A DNA stretch of 64,000 nt, from contig CBDDBZ010000039.1 of assembly GCA_965225945.1 (NCBI GenBank), forward strand, positions 512,001 to 576,000, given 5' to 3'. The stretch comes from Alphaproteobacteria bacterium (GTDB taxonomy: Bacteria; Pseudomonadota; Alphaproteobacteria; GCA-2731375). Under the pieces are notes generated by a model that worked only from the letters and a program-made list of their open reading frames with translations, did no database searches and was not told the DNA's origin. Position numbers and translations under genes: made by a program. Positions 39,999 to 52,314 of the stretch are shown here, piece after piece (the stretch's first letter is position 1; each line of letters begins with the position of its first letter).

Positions 39999-41201
39999 TC
40001 AGCGCCATTTGGCGCGGGCGTTGTTGAGCCAGGTCGGGTTGAGACGCACGCAGTAGGCGCCGGCATCTCGCAGCCGGCGGCACGAGGTGAGCGATTCGTC
40101 CTTCCCCAAGGCTACGAGCAAGGCCCGGTATCGCGTCACGCCGCCGCGTGCGCTCGCCACCACGGCGGGCTGGCTCTTCGCCGCCATTCGGCCCAGCGCG
40201 ACGCGGCGCTTCTCGATCTCGCCCAGCGCCTTGGCACGGCTGGAGTAGGAGCCGATAACAAGCCCCCAGCCCGGAAACGGTCCGGCTTCCAGGACGCTTT
40301 CGCGCGGCCGCTGCTTCGAGGGCGCGCACTGGGCGCCCGGCAAAACGTGCGGCGGCGGCGTGGTCACAACCTGGCCACCGCGCTGGCCCAACACGCCGAG
40401 GGGGCGTGACGCCTTGCCGGCCCTTGCGAAGGCCGCGTCGACGAGCTCGCGCGCCTTACCGGCGCGCGCCTGACGGCTCGGCCCGCCCATGATCACCGCG
40501 ACCACCCGGCGCCGGCCTTTCCTGGCCGAGGCGACTAGGTTGAAGCCGGCGGCGCAGGTGAAGCCGGTCTTGATCCCGTCCGCGCCCCGGTAGCTGGTCA
40601 ACCAGCCGTTGACGGTGCCGAAGCGCTGCTTGCCGTAAGTCGCGCTGGTTCGGGAGAAGAGCGGAAAATGCCGGGGAAAATCGCGCATCAGCGCCCGCGC
40701 CAGGAGCGCGATGTCGTGGGCGGTCGTGACCTGTCGTCGGTCGGGCAGCCCCGTCGCATTGGTGAACCGCGTCGCGCGCATGCCCAGCGCCCGCGCTTTC
40801 TCGGTCATCGCCCGGGCGAAGGCGCGCTCGTCCCCCGCCACCGCCTCGGCGAGGACGACGGCGGCATCGTTGGCCGAGCGCAGGATGGTGGCGTTCAGCG
40901 CCTCCTCGAGCGTGATCGTTCGCCCCTTTATCAGGCTCAATTTGACCGCCGGCTGGGCCGCCGCGGCGGCGGAGATGAGAAGCGCCTGCCCGAACGCTAG
41001 GCGTTTCGCGCGGATCGCTTCCAGGACCAGGTAGGCGGTCATGATCTTGGTCAGGGAGGCGGGGTAGCGTGGTGCCCGGTCATGCGACGCCTGCATGATG
41101 GTGCCACTCTCGGCGTCGAACACGATGCTCGCCCATTCGGCCCGAGCGGGCCCGGCCGAGAGCAGCAAGCCGGCTACCAGAAGCCACCGCCTGAAACCCA
41201 T
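39999..41201 (-). CDS. D-alanyl-D-alanine carboxypeptidase (S11) with C-terminal SPOR-like region
   Basis: PASLTK, SAND, KTG motifs; signal peptide. Confidence 0.9.
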   Translation of the reverse strand: MGFRRWLLVAGLLLSAGPARAEWASIVFDAESGTIMQASHDRAPRYPASLTKIMTAYLVLEAIRAKRLAFGQALLISAAAAAQPAVKLSLIKGRTITLEEALNATILRSANDAAVVLAEAVAGDERAFARAMTEKARALGMRATRFTNATGLPDRRQVTTAHDIALLARALMRDFPRHFPLFSRTSATYGKQRFGTVNGWLTSYRGADGIKTGFTCAAGFNLVASARKGRRRVVAVIMGGPSRQARAGKARELVDAAFARAGKASRPLGVLGQRGGQVVTTPPPHVLPGAQCAPSKQRPRESVLEAGPFPGWGLVIGSYSSRAKALGEIEKRRVALGRMAAKSQPAVVASARGGVTRYRALLVALGKDESLTSCRRLRDAGAYCVRLNPTWLNNARAKWR

Positions 41202-41507
41202 CGTCCCCCGTCCTCGCGACGAATTACGCGCGGGAACGGCGCATCGCCCTCCCCTCTCCCCTGAATATGGCTACGCTCGGGGAAGACGCCAGTGACCACC
41301 GACACGGATCGCGCGGCGCGTCCAGCGGCGCGGGCGCCATCACGCCAATGGAGGGACCAACCCGAAGACCATCCCCCGCCGGCGCCCGCGGTCGCTTCGA
41401 CGAGCCAGATGCCCACAGCTCCCACACCACACCGTGGGGCACGACCATCAGCTGGATTTCGTATGACACCAAACGCGATAAATGGCGACTCCTCTGCGCG
41501 GACAGAC

Positions 41508-42044
41508 TTAAGCCGCCAGGCGGAAGAAGACCACCACGACGGCGGCGAGTTGGACGAGGTTGATCCCGAAACTGGCGCCATGGAGCAGACCGAACCGTCG
41601 CCGCGCCCGCTCGTCACCCGCCGCGCGGGCGGCCCTCAGCGCCTCGATTCGGGGGCGGATCACCAGGTCGGCGAGGAGGAACAGCGCGGCGACGGCCCAC
41701 AGAACCCAGCTCTCCCAGCGATAGAAGATCAGCAGCGCCGCCGCCGTAGCGCAGACCAGCAGGACACGGTAGTACAGCGGAAAAAGCGAGGACAGTAGCC
41801 GTGCTCAGCGCGGCGACGGCCCACAGAACCCAGCTCTCCCAGCGATAGAAGATCAGCAGCGCCGCCGCCGTCAGCAGGACACGGTAGTACAGCGGAAAAA
41901 GCGAGGACAGTAGCCGTGCGCCTGCTCGCGCTCCAGCGCGCGGAAGACGACGGGGGCCAGCGCGAGGGTGAAGAAACTCATCGCCCCCAGCATCAGCGCA
42001 TTGAGAAAAGCCGCAACGGTGTGAAAGTTTATGTATTCAACCAT
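41508..42044 (-). pseudogene. DUF4149-like membrane protein broken by an internal duplication
   Basis: LGAMSFFTLALAPVVFRAL...LFPLYY...F.SGINLVQL; the 114-bp extra copy introduces a TGA at 41871. Confidence 0.75.
41682..41919. repeat. Near-tandem duplication (123 bp + 114 bp)
   Basis: 41682-41804 equals 41806-41919 except that AGCGCAGAC is missing from the second. Confidence 0.93.
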
Positions 42045-42109
42045 CGCTCGCCTGATTTCGTCATCGCGAGGCCGCGCCGGGCGGATTCGACCAAGCTCGA
42101 AATGCACTA

Positions 42110-43288
42110 GTGTCCTGATCGATAAATTGATATGATTATGTCTCTATTTGTTTTCAGGAGGCGCGATTGATGGCGAGAGTGGCGGTGACGATCTCTTTGA
42201 GCGATGACGAGCGCGCCGAATTGGAGGCGCTGTCTCGTCGTCGCAAGACGTCGCAGGGGCTTGCGCGGCGGGCTCGGATCGTCTTGGCGGCGGCGGAAGG
42301 GTTGGAGAACAAGGAGATCGCCGTTCGTCTCGAGGCGAGCGCGGACACCGTGGGCAAGTGGCGTCGCCGCTATGCGGCGGAGGGCCTCGACGGTCTGTAC
42401 GACGAACCCCGCCCCGGCGCGCCGCGTCAAATCGGCGATGACGCCATCGCGGAAGCGGTCCGGCTGACGCTGGAAGAGACGCCGCCGGACGCGAGCCATT
42501 GGAGCCTTCGCTCGATGGCGCGGGCGAGCGGCAACGCGCCCTCGACCATTCATCGCATCTGGCGGGCCTTCGGCTTGCAGCCGCATCGCTCGGAGACCTT
42601 CAAGCTGTCGAGCGATCCCTTCTTCGTGGAGAAGGTCCGCGACATCGTCGGTCTGTATTTGGCGCCGCCGGATCGTGCCCTGGTTCTCTGTGTCGACGAA
42701 AAGAGCCAGATCCAGGCCTTGGACCGTTCCCAGCCCCTCTTGCCGATGCGCCCCGGGCAGGCGGAGCGGCGCAGCCACGACTACAAGCGCCACGGCACGA
42801 CCTCTCTCTTCGCGGCCCTCGACATCGCCACGGGAGAGATCATCGGCAAATGTTTCCCGCGCCATCGGGCCCGAGAGTTCCGCAAATTCCTCGACCTCGT
42901 CGAGGCGAACGTCCCTGCTGATCTCGACATCCACATCGTCATGGACAACTACGGGACCCACAAGACCAAGGCGATCCGCGACTGGTTCGCCAAACGGCCG
43001 CGCTGGCAGGCCCATTTCACACCCACCAGCGCCTCCTGGCTCAACCAGGTCGAGCGCTGGTTCGGGCTGCTGACCGACAAACAGATCAGGCGCGGCGTCC
43101 ATCGCTCCACCAAGGAGTTGGAGCGCACCATCCTCGACTACATCGACACGACAAACCAGAACCCCAAACCCTTCAAATGGACCAAATCCGCCGATGACAT
43201 CCTCGGCGCCATCCAGCGCTTCTGCCTCCGAACAATCGAAATCGCTGAACAGCAGGCGAAAATCATGCGAACTTCGGAATCGGGACAC
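42110..43288 (+). mobile_element. IS630-family element, copy 1 (1179 bp)
   Basis: CTA-GTGTCCTGAT...ATCGGGACAC-TAG with TA duplication. Confidence 0.93.
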
Positions 43289-43291
43289 TAG
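42167..43291 (+). CDS. IS630 transposase
   Basis: [34 protein letters not shown]. Confidence 0.95.
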   Translation: MMARVAVTISLSDDERAELEALSRRRKTSQGLARRARIVLAAAEGLENKEIAVRLEASADTVGKWRRRYAAEGLDGLYDEPRPGAPRQIGDDAIAEAVRLTLEETPPDASHWSLRSMARASGNAPSTIHRIWRAFGLQPHRSETFKLSSDPFFVEKVRDIVGLYLAPPDRALVLCVDEKSQIQALDRSQPLLPMRPGQAERRSHDYKRHGTTSLFAALDIATGEIIGKCFPRHRAREFRKFLDLVEANVPADLDIHIVMDNYGTHKTKAIRDWFAKRPRWQAHFTPTSASWLNQVERWFGLLTDKQIRRGVHRSTKELERTILDYIDTTNQNPKPFKWTKSADDILGAIQRFCLRTIEIAEQQAKIMRTSESGH

Positions 43292-44043
43292 CCGTGCATG
43301 GTGAGGCCGCCCGATACGCTGATGGTCTGCCCGGTGATGTAGGCGGCATCGTCGCTCAGAAGAAAGGCGACCATGCCCGGATAATCCTCGGGCTGCGCCA
43401 GGCGGCGCATCGGAATGGCGCGCTCGAGCGCACCTCTGAGCTTCTCCGGGATCGCGGCCAGCAAAGGCGTGTCGGTAGGCCCGGGGCAGACCGTATTGAG
43501 GGTGATCCCCTTGCGTGTCAGCTCGCGCGCGAGCGTCTTGTTGAAGGCGATGACGCCGCCCTTGCAGGCGCTGTAGACCGCCTCGCCCGAGGAGCCGACC
43601 CTGCCCGCGTCGGAGGAGATGGTGACGACCCGGCCGCCGCCCCGTTCCACCATCTTCTTCAGCACCACGTGGCTCATGTTGATCGGCCCATAGAGATTGA
43701 GGTCGATCACCTTGCGCCAGAGTTCCTGGTCGTTGTCGAGGAAGGGCTCGGGCTTGTCCCAGCCGGCGTTGTTGACGAGGCCGGTGATCGGACCGGCGGC
43801 GGCCTCGAAGGCCCCGACGTCGCGCTGGACGGCATCATAGGAGGTGATGTCGGTGGCGAAGGCAATTGCCCGACCGCCGGCGCCCTCGATCGCCGCCTTG
43901 GTCTCCTCGCCGCCGGCGGGGTTGATGTCGAAGATGCCGACGAGGGCGCCTTCCTCGCCCAGCCGGCACGAAATCGCCCGCCCGATGCCGCTGGCCCCGC
44001 CGGTGACGGCGATGATTTGATCCCGCAAGCCCCGCATGCCCAT
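43288..44043 (-). CDS. SDR oxidoreductase, BadH (2-hydroxycyclohexanecarboxyl-CoA dehydrogenase)-like
   Basis: [45 protein letters not shown]. Confidence 0.88.
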   Translation of the reverse strand: MGMRGLRDQIIAVTGGASGIGRAISCRLGEEGALVGIFDINPAGGEETKAAIEGAGGRAIAFATDITSYDAVQRDVGAFEAAAGPITGLVNNAGWDKPEPFLDNDQELWRKVIDLNLYGPINMSHVVLKKMVERGGGRVVTISSDAGRVGSSGEAVYSACKGGVIAFNKTLARELTRKGITLNTVCPGPTDTPLLAAIPEKLRGALERAIPMRRLAQPEDYPGMVAFLLSDDAAYITGQTISVSGGLTMHG

Positions 44044-44197
44044 TCTCCCAAGCCGTCGCAGTGACCACCAATGACACCAACCGCCTTAAAGCATGATCCG
44101 ATCATATGGAATCGTTTGATGGTGGCAAATCGGCCTCTGGGGCAGGCGCGGCGCCGCGCTCCCCCGGCCTCGGGCACTTTACCAGCCGGACCTCTTA

Positions 44198-45365
44198 TAC
44201 CGGTGACCCCATGATGTGACTCTTGGGGGGATTCCCTCGGTGCGGATTTTGTGATTCCCTCACTCCCACACAACATATGGTGGGGTTGAGATGGTTGCGC
44301 TCAAGATACGGGATGATATGACGGCGGATGAGCTTCGGCGCTGGGCCCGCACCTCGGCCCGGGGTCGGGCGGCGGCGCGGGCCTACGCGATCGCCAACGC
44401 GCTGGAAGGGATGAGCCGGGACGAGGCGGCGCGCTTGGCCGGGATGGAACGCCAAGCGTTGCACGACGCGGTCGTTCGCTACAACGCCGAAGGGCTGGCG
44501 GGACTGTTCGATCGTCCCAAGGGTCGCCCTCCCTTCCGCTTGAACGCGGACGAGGAGGCGGCCTTGAAGGCGGTCGTCCTCGACGGGCCGGATCCCGAGC
44601 GCGACGGGATCTCGGCCTGGACCCGCGCCGATCTCTGCCGTTGGGTGGAAGAGAGGTTCGCCAAGACCTATCACCCCTCCTCGATGAGCCGGGTGCTGCG
44701 ACGACTGGATTTGTCGCGCCAGAAGATACGCCCGGCCCATGCGAAGAAGGACCCGGAGGCCGAGGAGAGCTTCAAAAAAGGGGGCTTCGCGCGCGCCTGA
44801 AGGCGGTTCGCGAGGCCCATCCCGGCAAGCGCGTCGAACTCTGGTTTCAGGACGAGGCCCGCGTCGGCAACAAGGGGCGGGTCTGCCATCGCTGGTGGCG
44901 CCGGGGAGAGCGCGCCAGGGGACCCAGGCAGATCGGCTACCAATGGGCCTATATCTATACCGTCGTGCATCCGGCGAGCGGCGCCGACTTCACTCTCGTG
45001 CTCCCCGCCGTCAATGCCGATCTCATGAACCTGTTCCTCGCCCGCTTCGCCGCCACCCTGCCCGAGGACGTCCACGTCGCGATCGTCCTCGACGGCGCCG
45101 GTTGGCACGACCCCAGGGCACTCGACATCCCGGAGAACCTCACTCTGGTCTTCCCGCCGCCCTACTGTCCCGAGCTCAATCCCGTCGAGCGTCTGTGGCT
45201 CTACCTCAGAGACCGCTTCCTCTCGATCCGCGTCCTCGACGACACCAACGCCATCATCGACGCCTGCTGCGCCGCGTGGAACAAACTCCTTGACGAAGAG
45301 GACCGAATCCAATCTCTCTGCGCATACCCCTGGATCATGGAGATCAGTTCATAGGCTCACTGGTA
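44198..45365 (+). mobile_element. IS630-family element with two ORFs joined by a -1 frameshift
   Basis: IRs TACCGGTGACCCCATGA / TACCAGTGAGCCTATGA flanked by TTA on both sides; HTH ORF 44291-44800; DDE ORF (FQDEAR, LDGAGWH, PELNPVE) ending 45354; slippery A6G5 at 44774-44784. Confidence 0.9.
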
Positions 45366-46523
45366 TTAGCCCAGGGCTCGATCGGAGCGTCGCGGAATCT
45401 GGGCGTCGCGATGTACGTAGACCCCGATCAGCAGGCCGAACCCCATCAGCAACGTCACCATCGCCGTGCCGCCATAAGAAACCAGCGGCAGCGGCACGCC
45501 GACCACGGGGACCAGCCCTGTCACCATGGCGATGTTGATGAAGACGTAGACGAAGAAGGTGGCGGTGATGCCCATGGCGACCAGGCGGCCGAACTGGTTG
45601 CGGGAGCGGAGCGCGATCGCAAAGCCGTAGGTCAGGATGGCGATGTAGAGGCCGACCAGCACCAGACAGCCGATCAGCCCGAGTTCCTCCGCCAGCATGG
45701 TGAAGATGAAATCGGTCTGCTGCTCGGGCAGGAAATTGAGGTGGCTCTGCGTGCCCTGCATGAAGCCCCGGCCGAGCACGCCGCCGGAGCCGAGCGCGAT
45801 CTTCGACTGCAGGATGTGATAGCCGGCGCCCAAGGGATCGCTCTCGGGATCGAGGAAGGTCAGCACGCGCTGGCGCTGATAGTCGCGCAGCCCGTAACGC
45901 CAGGCGAAGGGCACCACCACCAGGACCAGGGCCACCGCCAGGGCGAATTTCCAGATCCGGACACCGGCCTGGAAAAATAGCACCATCGCCACGATGGCGA
46001 TCAACACCGCCGTGCCCAAGTCGGGTTGGCGCAGGACCAGGGCGATGGGCGCGAGCGCCATCGCCAACGGCGGGATCAGCAGGATCGGCCGGCCGATATC
46101 CTCGTGGCTGATGCCGTGAAAATAGCGCGCCAGCGCCAGCACCAGGGCAATCTTCACCACCTCCGCGGGCTGAAGCTGGAAAAACCCGAGGTCGACCCAG
46201 CGGCGCGCGCCCATGCCGATGGTACCCATGACTTCCACCGCCAGCAGCAGCGCCAGGGCGAGGGCGTAGATGACATAGGCATGGCGCAGCCAGAAGCGCA
46301 CGTCGACGAGCGCGATCGCCACCATCATCACCAGGCCGATGGCGAAGCGCGCCATCTGTCGCGACGCCCAGGGCGAGACAGAGCCGTCGGCGGCCGAATA
46401 GAGCATGGCGAAGCCGATCGCCGCCACCAGCGTCACCAACAGCACCAGCAGCCAGTTGACGTCCAAAATCTTCTGCCCGAGCGACAGCTTCTCCTGGCGC
46501 CGGGCGTCGGGACCGAGGCTCAT
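45366..46523 (-). CDS. rodA: Rod shape-determining protein RodA
   Basis: GARRW, QPAEVVK, QPDLGT, GSGG, FLPEQQTDFIF, PLVSYGG. Confidence 0.96.
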   Translation of the reverse strand: MSLGPDARRQEKLSLGQKILDVNWLLVLLVTLVAAIGFAMLYSAADGSVSPWASRQMARFAIGLVMMVAIALVDVRFWLRHAYVIYALALALLLAVEVMGTIGMGARRWVDLGFFQLQPAEVVKIALVLALARYFHGISHEDIGRPILLIPPLAMALAPIALVLRQPDLGTAVLIAIVAMVLFFQAGVRIWKFALAVALVLVVVPFAWRYGLRDYQRQRVLTFLDPESDPLGAGYHILQSKIALGSGGVLGRGFMQGTQSHLNFLPEQQTDFIFTMLAEELGLIGCLVLVGLYIAILTYGFAIALRSRNQFGRLVAMGITATFFVYVFINIAMVTGLVPVVGVPLPLVSYGGTAMVTLLMGFGLLIGVYVHRDAQIPRRSDRALG

Positions 46524-48397
46524 CCGCGTTCACCCGTGCGCGTCGAGCGCGCCGCGAGGCGGCCCAGCGCCCTTCGGCGGACCGGATCGCGACGCAGCAG
46601 CTCGCTCATCAGGTCCTTGGCGACGAGGGCCGCCTTGGCGCCGGAGCCGCCGTGCTCGATGATCAAAGAGAGCGCATAACGCGGCGCCTCGAGGGGGGCG
46701 TAGGCGACGAAGAGGCCATGGTCGCGCTGCTCCCAGGGGGTGTCCTGGGCGGGCTTGCCGCCCTTCGAGCGTTCCGTCTTGGTAATACGGCGGACCTGCG
46801 ACGTGCCGGTCTTGCCGGCCATGCGGACCCCGCCCTCCAGGCGCGCTCTGCGGGCGGTGCCGCGGCGACCGTTGACGACCCGGTCCATGGCCTCGCGCAC
46901 CACCTCCAGGTGGCGCGCCGCGAGTCCGAGGGAGGGCGCCTCGCCCGCGTCCTCACCCGCGTCGCCAACGACGTGGCGCAGCAGTCGCGGCCGCACCGCC
47001 CGACCGGTGGCGAGCCGGGCCGTCATCGTCGCGGCCTGCAGCGGCGTGAACAGCATGTAGCCCTGACCGATGCCGGTGATCAGCGTTTCGCCCTGCTGCC
47101 AGGGCTTGCCGGTAAGCGCCAGCTTCCACGCCTTGCTCGGCACCAGGCCGGGCCGCTCGCCCTCCAGCTCTATGTCGAGAATTTCGCCGAGGCCGAAGCG
47201 CCGGGCCATGTCGGCGATGCGATCGATGCCGATCCGCTTGCTGGTCTCGTAAAAATAGACGTCGCAGGACTGCTCGATGGCCTCGCGCATATCGACATGG
47301 CCGTGTCCGCCGTAGCGGTGGCGCCAGCAATAAAAGGTGTGATTGCCGAGCTTCAGCTTGCCGTTGCAGAAGACCCGTTGCCCGGCGCCGACCAGGCCGG
47401 AGCCAAGCGCCGCCAGCGCCACCACCATCTTGAAGACGGATCCGGGCGGATACTGACCGGAAATCGCCTTGTTGGTGAGCGGCGCTCTGGGGTGATCGCG
47501 GAGCGCCTTCCAGGCCTTGGCGCTGAGGCCGCGATTGAAGGCGCCCGGATCGAAGCTGGGCGTCGAGGTCATCGCCAAGACCTCGCCGGTGTGCGCGTCG
47601 AGCACGACGGCGGCCGCGCTCTCCTCGGCCAGGCGGCCGACGACGCGGCGTTGCAGGTCGTCGTCGACGGTGAGCACGACGTCGCGGCCCGGCTCGCCCT
47701 CCTGGCGTTTCAGCTCCCGGATCTCGCGGCCGAAGGCGTTGACCTCGACCCGGCTGTTGCCGGCACTGCCGCGCAGGCGTCTTTCGAAGATCTTCTCGGC
47801 GCCGTTCTTGCCGATGCGGAAGTCCGGGAGCGTCAGCAGCGGATCGCCGGTGAGCTCGCTTTCCGAGACCGCGGCGACGTAACCCACGACATGGGCCATC
47901 CGCTCGCCCGTGGGATAGTGGCGGCGCTCGCCGACGTCGGTTCTGACGCCGGGCAGATCCGGCAGGTTGACGTTGACCTTGGCGAACTCGTTCCAGCTCA
48001 AATTCTCCACCAGAGTCAGGGTCAGGAAGGGGCGGCGGCGTCCGACCTCGTGCTCGATCCGCGCCAGCGCGCCATCGTTCAGCGACAGCAGACGGGACAG
48101 CCGGCGCACCGTCAGCTCGATGTCCTCCGCCGCGTCGGGATCGAGCAGCACGCGGAAATTCGGTCGATTGCGGGCGAGTTCCGTGCCGAAACGGTCGAGA
48201 ATGCGGCCGCGCGGCGGCGGCAGCAGGCGGACGTTGATCCGGTTCTCCTCGGCCAGCATCCGGTACTGATCGGCCTCCACGACCTGGAGGTAGTACATCC
48301 GGCCGATGAGGGCGCCGAACAGCGAGAGCTTGCCAACGCCCAGCAAGGCGGCCCTGCGGGTGAAGGTCTTCTGCCGCTCGCCGTCGCGCTCGACCAC
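46520..48397 (-). CDS. mrdA: Penicillin-binding protein 2
   Basis: PPRGRILDR, PPGSVFK, QSCDVYFY, KTGTSQ; operon context. Confidence 0.96.
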   Translation of the reverse strand: MVERDGERQKTFTRRAALLGVGKLSLFGALIGRMYYLQVVEADQYRMLAEENRINVRLLPPPRGRILDRFGTELARNRPNFRVLLDPDAAEDIELTVRRLSRLLSLNDGALARIEHEVGRRRPFLTLTLVENLSWNEFAKVNVNLPDLPGVRTDVGERRHYPTGERMAHVVGYVAAVSESELTGDPLLTLPDFRIGKNGAEKIFERRLRGSAGNSRVEVNAFGREIRELKRQEGEPGRDVVLTVDDDLQRRVVGRLAEESAAAVVLDAHTGEVLAMTSTPSFDPGAFNRGLSAKAWKALRDHPRAPLTNKAISGQYPPGSVFKMVVALAALGSGLVGAGQRVFCNGKLKLGNHTFYCWRHRYGGHGHVDMREAIEQSCDVYFYETSKRIGIDRIADMARRFGLGEILDIELEGERPGLVPSKAWKLALTGKPWQQGETLITGIGQGYMLFTPLQAATMTARLATGRAVRPRLLRHVVGDAGEDAGEAPSLGLAARHLEVVREAMDRVVNGRRGTARRARLEGGVRMAGKTGTSQVRRITKTERSKGGKPAQDTPWEQRDHGLFVAYAPLEAPRYALSLIIEHGGSGAKAALVAKDLMSELLRRDPVRRRALGRLAARSTRTGERG

Positions 48398-48398
48398 C

Positions 48399-48908
48399 TC
48401 AAGCCTCCCCGGGCATCGCCAGACGCCGCCCGATCCAGCCGAACAGCTCGGCGACCAACGGATAGGCCGCGAGCGTGATCAGCAGCTGCAATCCCACCGC
48501 GCCGAAGTCGAACAGGTTCAGATGATAGAGCGAGGCGCCGATCCAGATCCCGACCATCGCCACCGAAGCGAGCAGCGAGAAGCCGAACCAGCCGACCACG
48601 AACGGCCGGCCGGCGAAGGCGCGTCGCTGGTGCAAGGTCGCATACTGCAACGCCACCAGGATCAGCGCGGTGAGACCGAGCGGCGTTCCGCCCAGCACGT
48701 CGGCGACGATGCCGACGAAAAAGGCGGCGCCCGCCGGCATCGTCCTCGGGCTGTTGACCGTCCAATAGTAGACGGCGATCAGGCCGAAGGCGGGCAGCAG
48801 TGCGGCATCGATGCCGAGCGGCAGATGGGCGAGGATGATCAGCAAGATCGCCACCACGGCCGGCACCAGGTCGCGCAACCATTCGAGCGCGCGCGACAGC
48901 GGGATCAT
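48399..48908 (-). CDS. mreD: Rod shape-determining protein MreD
   Basis: Hydrophobic, AVYYW, D.LGGTPLG; lies between mreC and mrdA. Confidence 0.9.
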   Translation of the reverse strand: MIPLSRALEWLRDLVPAVVAILLIILAHLPLGIDAALLPAFGLIAVYYWTVNSPRTMPAGAAFFVGIVADVLGGTPLGLTALILVALQYATLHQRRAFAGRPFVVGWFGFSLLASVAMVGIWIGASLYHLNLFDFGAVGLQLLITLAAYPLVAELFGWIGRRLAMPGEA

Positions 48909-48920
48909 GAGCCCACTCTC

Positions 48921-49784
48921 CTACTCCATCGAGCCATCGATCTCTTCCAACACCACCGGCTCGTGGCGGATCAACACGGTGTATTCTAGCCGGTTCCAGT
49001 CGACGAAGGGCGTGACTCGGATCTCGCCCTCCGAAATCGAGGCGACGTGGCCCACCGGCAGGCCCGGCGGCAACAGGCCGCCATGGCCCGAGGTCACCAG
49101 GCGGTCGCCCGGGCTCACCGTCGTATTTTGCGGCAGATATAATAGCTTTGGACGGGCACTGTTGTCGCCGGCCAGGATCGCCCGCATCCGCGAGCCGTCG
49201 ACCCGGACTGGAATGCGACTGTTGAGGTCGTTCAACAACAGCAACCGGGAGGCTCGTTCGCCGACCTCGACCACGCGGCCGGCGAGACCGCCTTCCGCCA
49301 TCGCCGCCTGGCCCGAGACGACGCCGTCGCGCGCGCCGGCCCCGATGATCAACGTGCGCACGAAGGGGCCGCCCGTGTCGGCGATGATGCGGCCGGTCAC
49401 GAAGGAGCTGTGCGGCTCCGGCCGGAGGTTGAGCTGGGCCCGCAAGACGACGTTCTCGCGCTCCAGGCGACGGGCGATTTCCTGCCAATCGGCTAGGCGA
49501 TCCAGGTCGCGGCGCAGGCGTTCGTTGTCCTGTTGCAAGGACCAGACGTTCAGCGCCGCCGAGGCCGCGCCCCGGGCGCTCTCCAACGGGCTTTCCAGCA
49601 CCACCAGGACCGGCGCCAACAGATCCGTCAGCATGGCGCGCAGGCGCACCACCGCCTCGTTGTTGGCCTTGCCGAGGACGAGAAGGACCAAGGCGGCGGA
49701 CAACAGTAGCAGATAAGCCGGTCGTTGGACCACGACGCGCGCCGGAGCCGAAAATCTCGCGATCCGGCCGCTTCTCGGCCTCAC
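48921..49784 (-). CDS. mreC: Rod shape-determining protein MreC
   Basis: TM + coiled coil, GLAGRVVEV, DLNSRIPV, TSGHGGLLPPGLPVG. Confidence 0.94.
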   Translation of the reverse strand: MRPRSGRIARFSAPARVVVQRPAYLLLLSAALVLLVLGKANNEAVVRLRAMLTDLLAPVLVVLESPLESARGAASAALNVWSLQQDNERLRRDLDRLADWQEIARRLERENVVLRAQLNLRPEPHSSFVTGRIIADTGGPFVRTLIIGAGARDGVVSGQAAMAEGGLAGRVVEVGERASRLLLLNDLNSRIPVRVDGSRMRAILAGDNSARPKLLYLPQNTTVSPGDRLVTSGHGGLLPPGLPVGHVASISEGEIRVTPFVDWNRLEYTVLIRHEPVVLEEIDGSME

Positions 49785-49836
49785 CGTGATGTTCCTCGCT
49801 CTGGATCCCCTTCGCCGCTAACGTCGTGCGCCGTTC

Positions 49837-50979
<1,143 letters not shown>

Positions 50980-51043
50980 CTAGCCTCTTAAGCGCCCGGC
51001 GACGCCAGCGTCAGCCCGGATGTCGCCTGAAACAATAACAAGC

Positions 51044-51083
51044 TTAATACATTATCACGACATATCGTAAACATTTTGTTAAC
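51044..51083. promoter_or_regulatory. Possible CtrA-type boxes upstream of mreB
   Basis: TTAA-N7-TCAC (51044-51058) and TAAA-N7-TTAAC (51068-51083) in an AT-rich patch; both imperfect. Confidence 0.35.
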
Positions 51084-51132
51084 GATAACCTGCAAAACCA
51101 TGAAACTGCGATCAAAATTCCTCTCTTAGCTA

Positions 51133-52311
51133 GTGTCCTGATCGATAAATTGATATGATTATGTCTCTATTTGTTTTCAGGAGGCGCGATTGATGGCGAG
51201 AGTGGCGGTGACGATCTCTTTGAGCGATGACGAGCGCGCCGAATTGGAGGCGCTGTCTCGTCGTCGCAAGACGTCGCAGGGGCTTGCGCGGCGGGCTCGG
51301 ATCGTCTTGGCGGCGGCGGAAGGGTTGGAGAACAAGGAGATCGCCGTTCGTCTCGAGGCGAGCGCGGACACCGTGGGCAAGTGGCGTCGCCGCTATGCGG
51401 CGGAGGGCCTCGACGGTCTGTACGACGAACCCCGCCCCGGCGCGCCGCGTCAAATCGGCGATGACGCCATCGCGGAAGCGGTCCGGCTGACGCTGGAAGA
51501 GACGCCGCCGGACGCGACCCATTGGAGCCTTCGCTCGATGGCGCGGGCGAGCGGCCACGCGCCCTCGACCATTCATCGCATCTGGCGGGCCTTCGGCTTG
51601 CAGCCGCATCGCTCGGAGACCTTCAAGCTGTCGAGCGATCCCTTCTTCGTGGAGAAGGTCCGCGACATCGTCGGTCTGTATTTGGCGCCGCCGGATCGTG
51701 CCCTGGTTCTCTGTGTCGACGAAAAGAGCCAGATCCAGGCCCTGGACCGTTCCCAGCCCCTCTTGCCGATGCGCCCCGGGCAGGCGGAGCGGCGCAGCCA
51801 CGACTACAAGCGCCACGGCACGACCTCTCTCTTCGCGGCCCTCGACATCGCCACGGGAGAGATCATCGGCAAATGTTTCCCGCGCCATCGGGCCCGAGAG
51901 TTCCGCAAATTCCTCGACCTCGTCGAGGCGAACGTCCCTGCTGATCTCGACATCCACATCGTCATGGACAACTACGGGACCCACAAGACCAAGGCGATCC
52001 GCGACTGGTTCGCCAAACGGCCGCGCTGGCAGGCCCATTTCACACCCACCAGCGCCTCCTGGCTCAACCAGGTCGAGCGCTGGTTCGGGCTGCTGACCGA
52101 CAAACAGATCAGGCGCGGCGTCCATCGCTCCACCAAGGAGCTGGAGCGCACCATCCTCGACTACATCGACACGACAAACCAGAACCCCAAACCCTTCAAA
52201 TGGACCAAATCCGCCGATGACATCCTCGCCGCCATCCAGCGGTTCTGCCTCCGAACAATCGAAACCGCTGAACAGCAGGCGAAAATCATGCGAACTTCGG
52301 AATCGGGACAC
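51133..52311 (+). mobile_element. IS630-family element, copy 2 (1179 bp)
   Basis: Near-identical to 42110-43288; CTAG target. Confidence 0.93.
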
Positions 52312-52314
52312 TAG
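51190..52314 (+). CDS. IS630 transposase
   Basis: 374 aa, a few substitutions relative to copy 1. Confidence 0.95.
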   Translation: MMARVAVTISLSDDERAELEALSRRRKTSQGLARRARIVLAAAEGLENKEIAVRLEASADTVGKWRRRYAAEGLDGLYDEPRPGAPRQIGDDAIAEAVRLTLEETPPDATHWSLRSMARASGHAPSTIHRIWRAFGLQPHRSETFKLSSDPFFVEKVRDIVGLYLAPPDRALVLCVDEKSQIQALDRSQPLLPMRPGQAERRSHDYKRHGTTSLFAALDIATGEIIGKCFPRHRAREFRKFLDLVEANVPADLDIHIVMDNYGTHKTKAIRDWFAKRPRWQAHFTPTSASWLNQVERWFGLLTDKQIRRGVHRSTKELERTILDYIDTTNQNPKPFKWTKSADDILAAIQRFCLRTIETAEQQAKIMRTSESGH

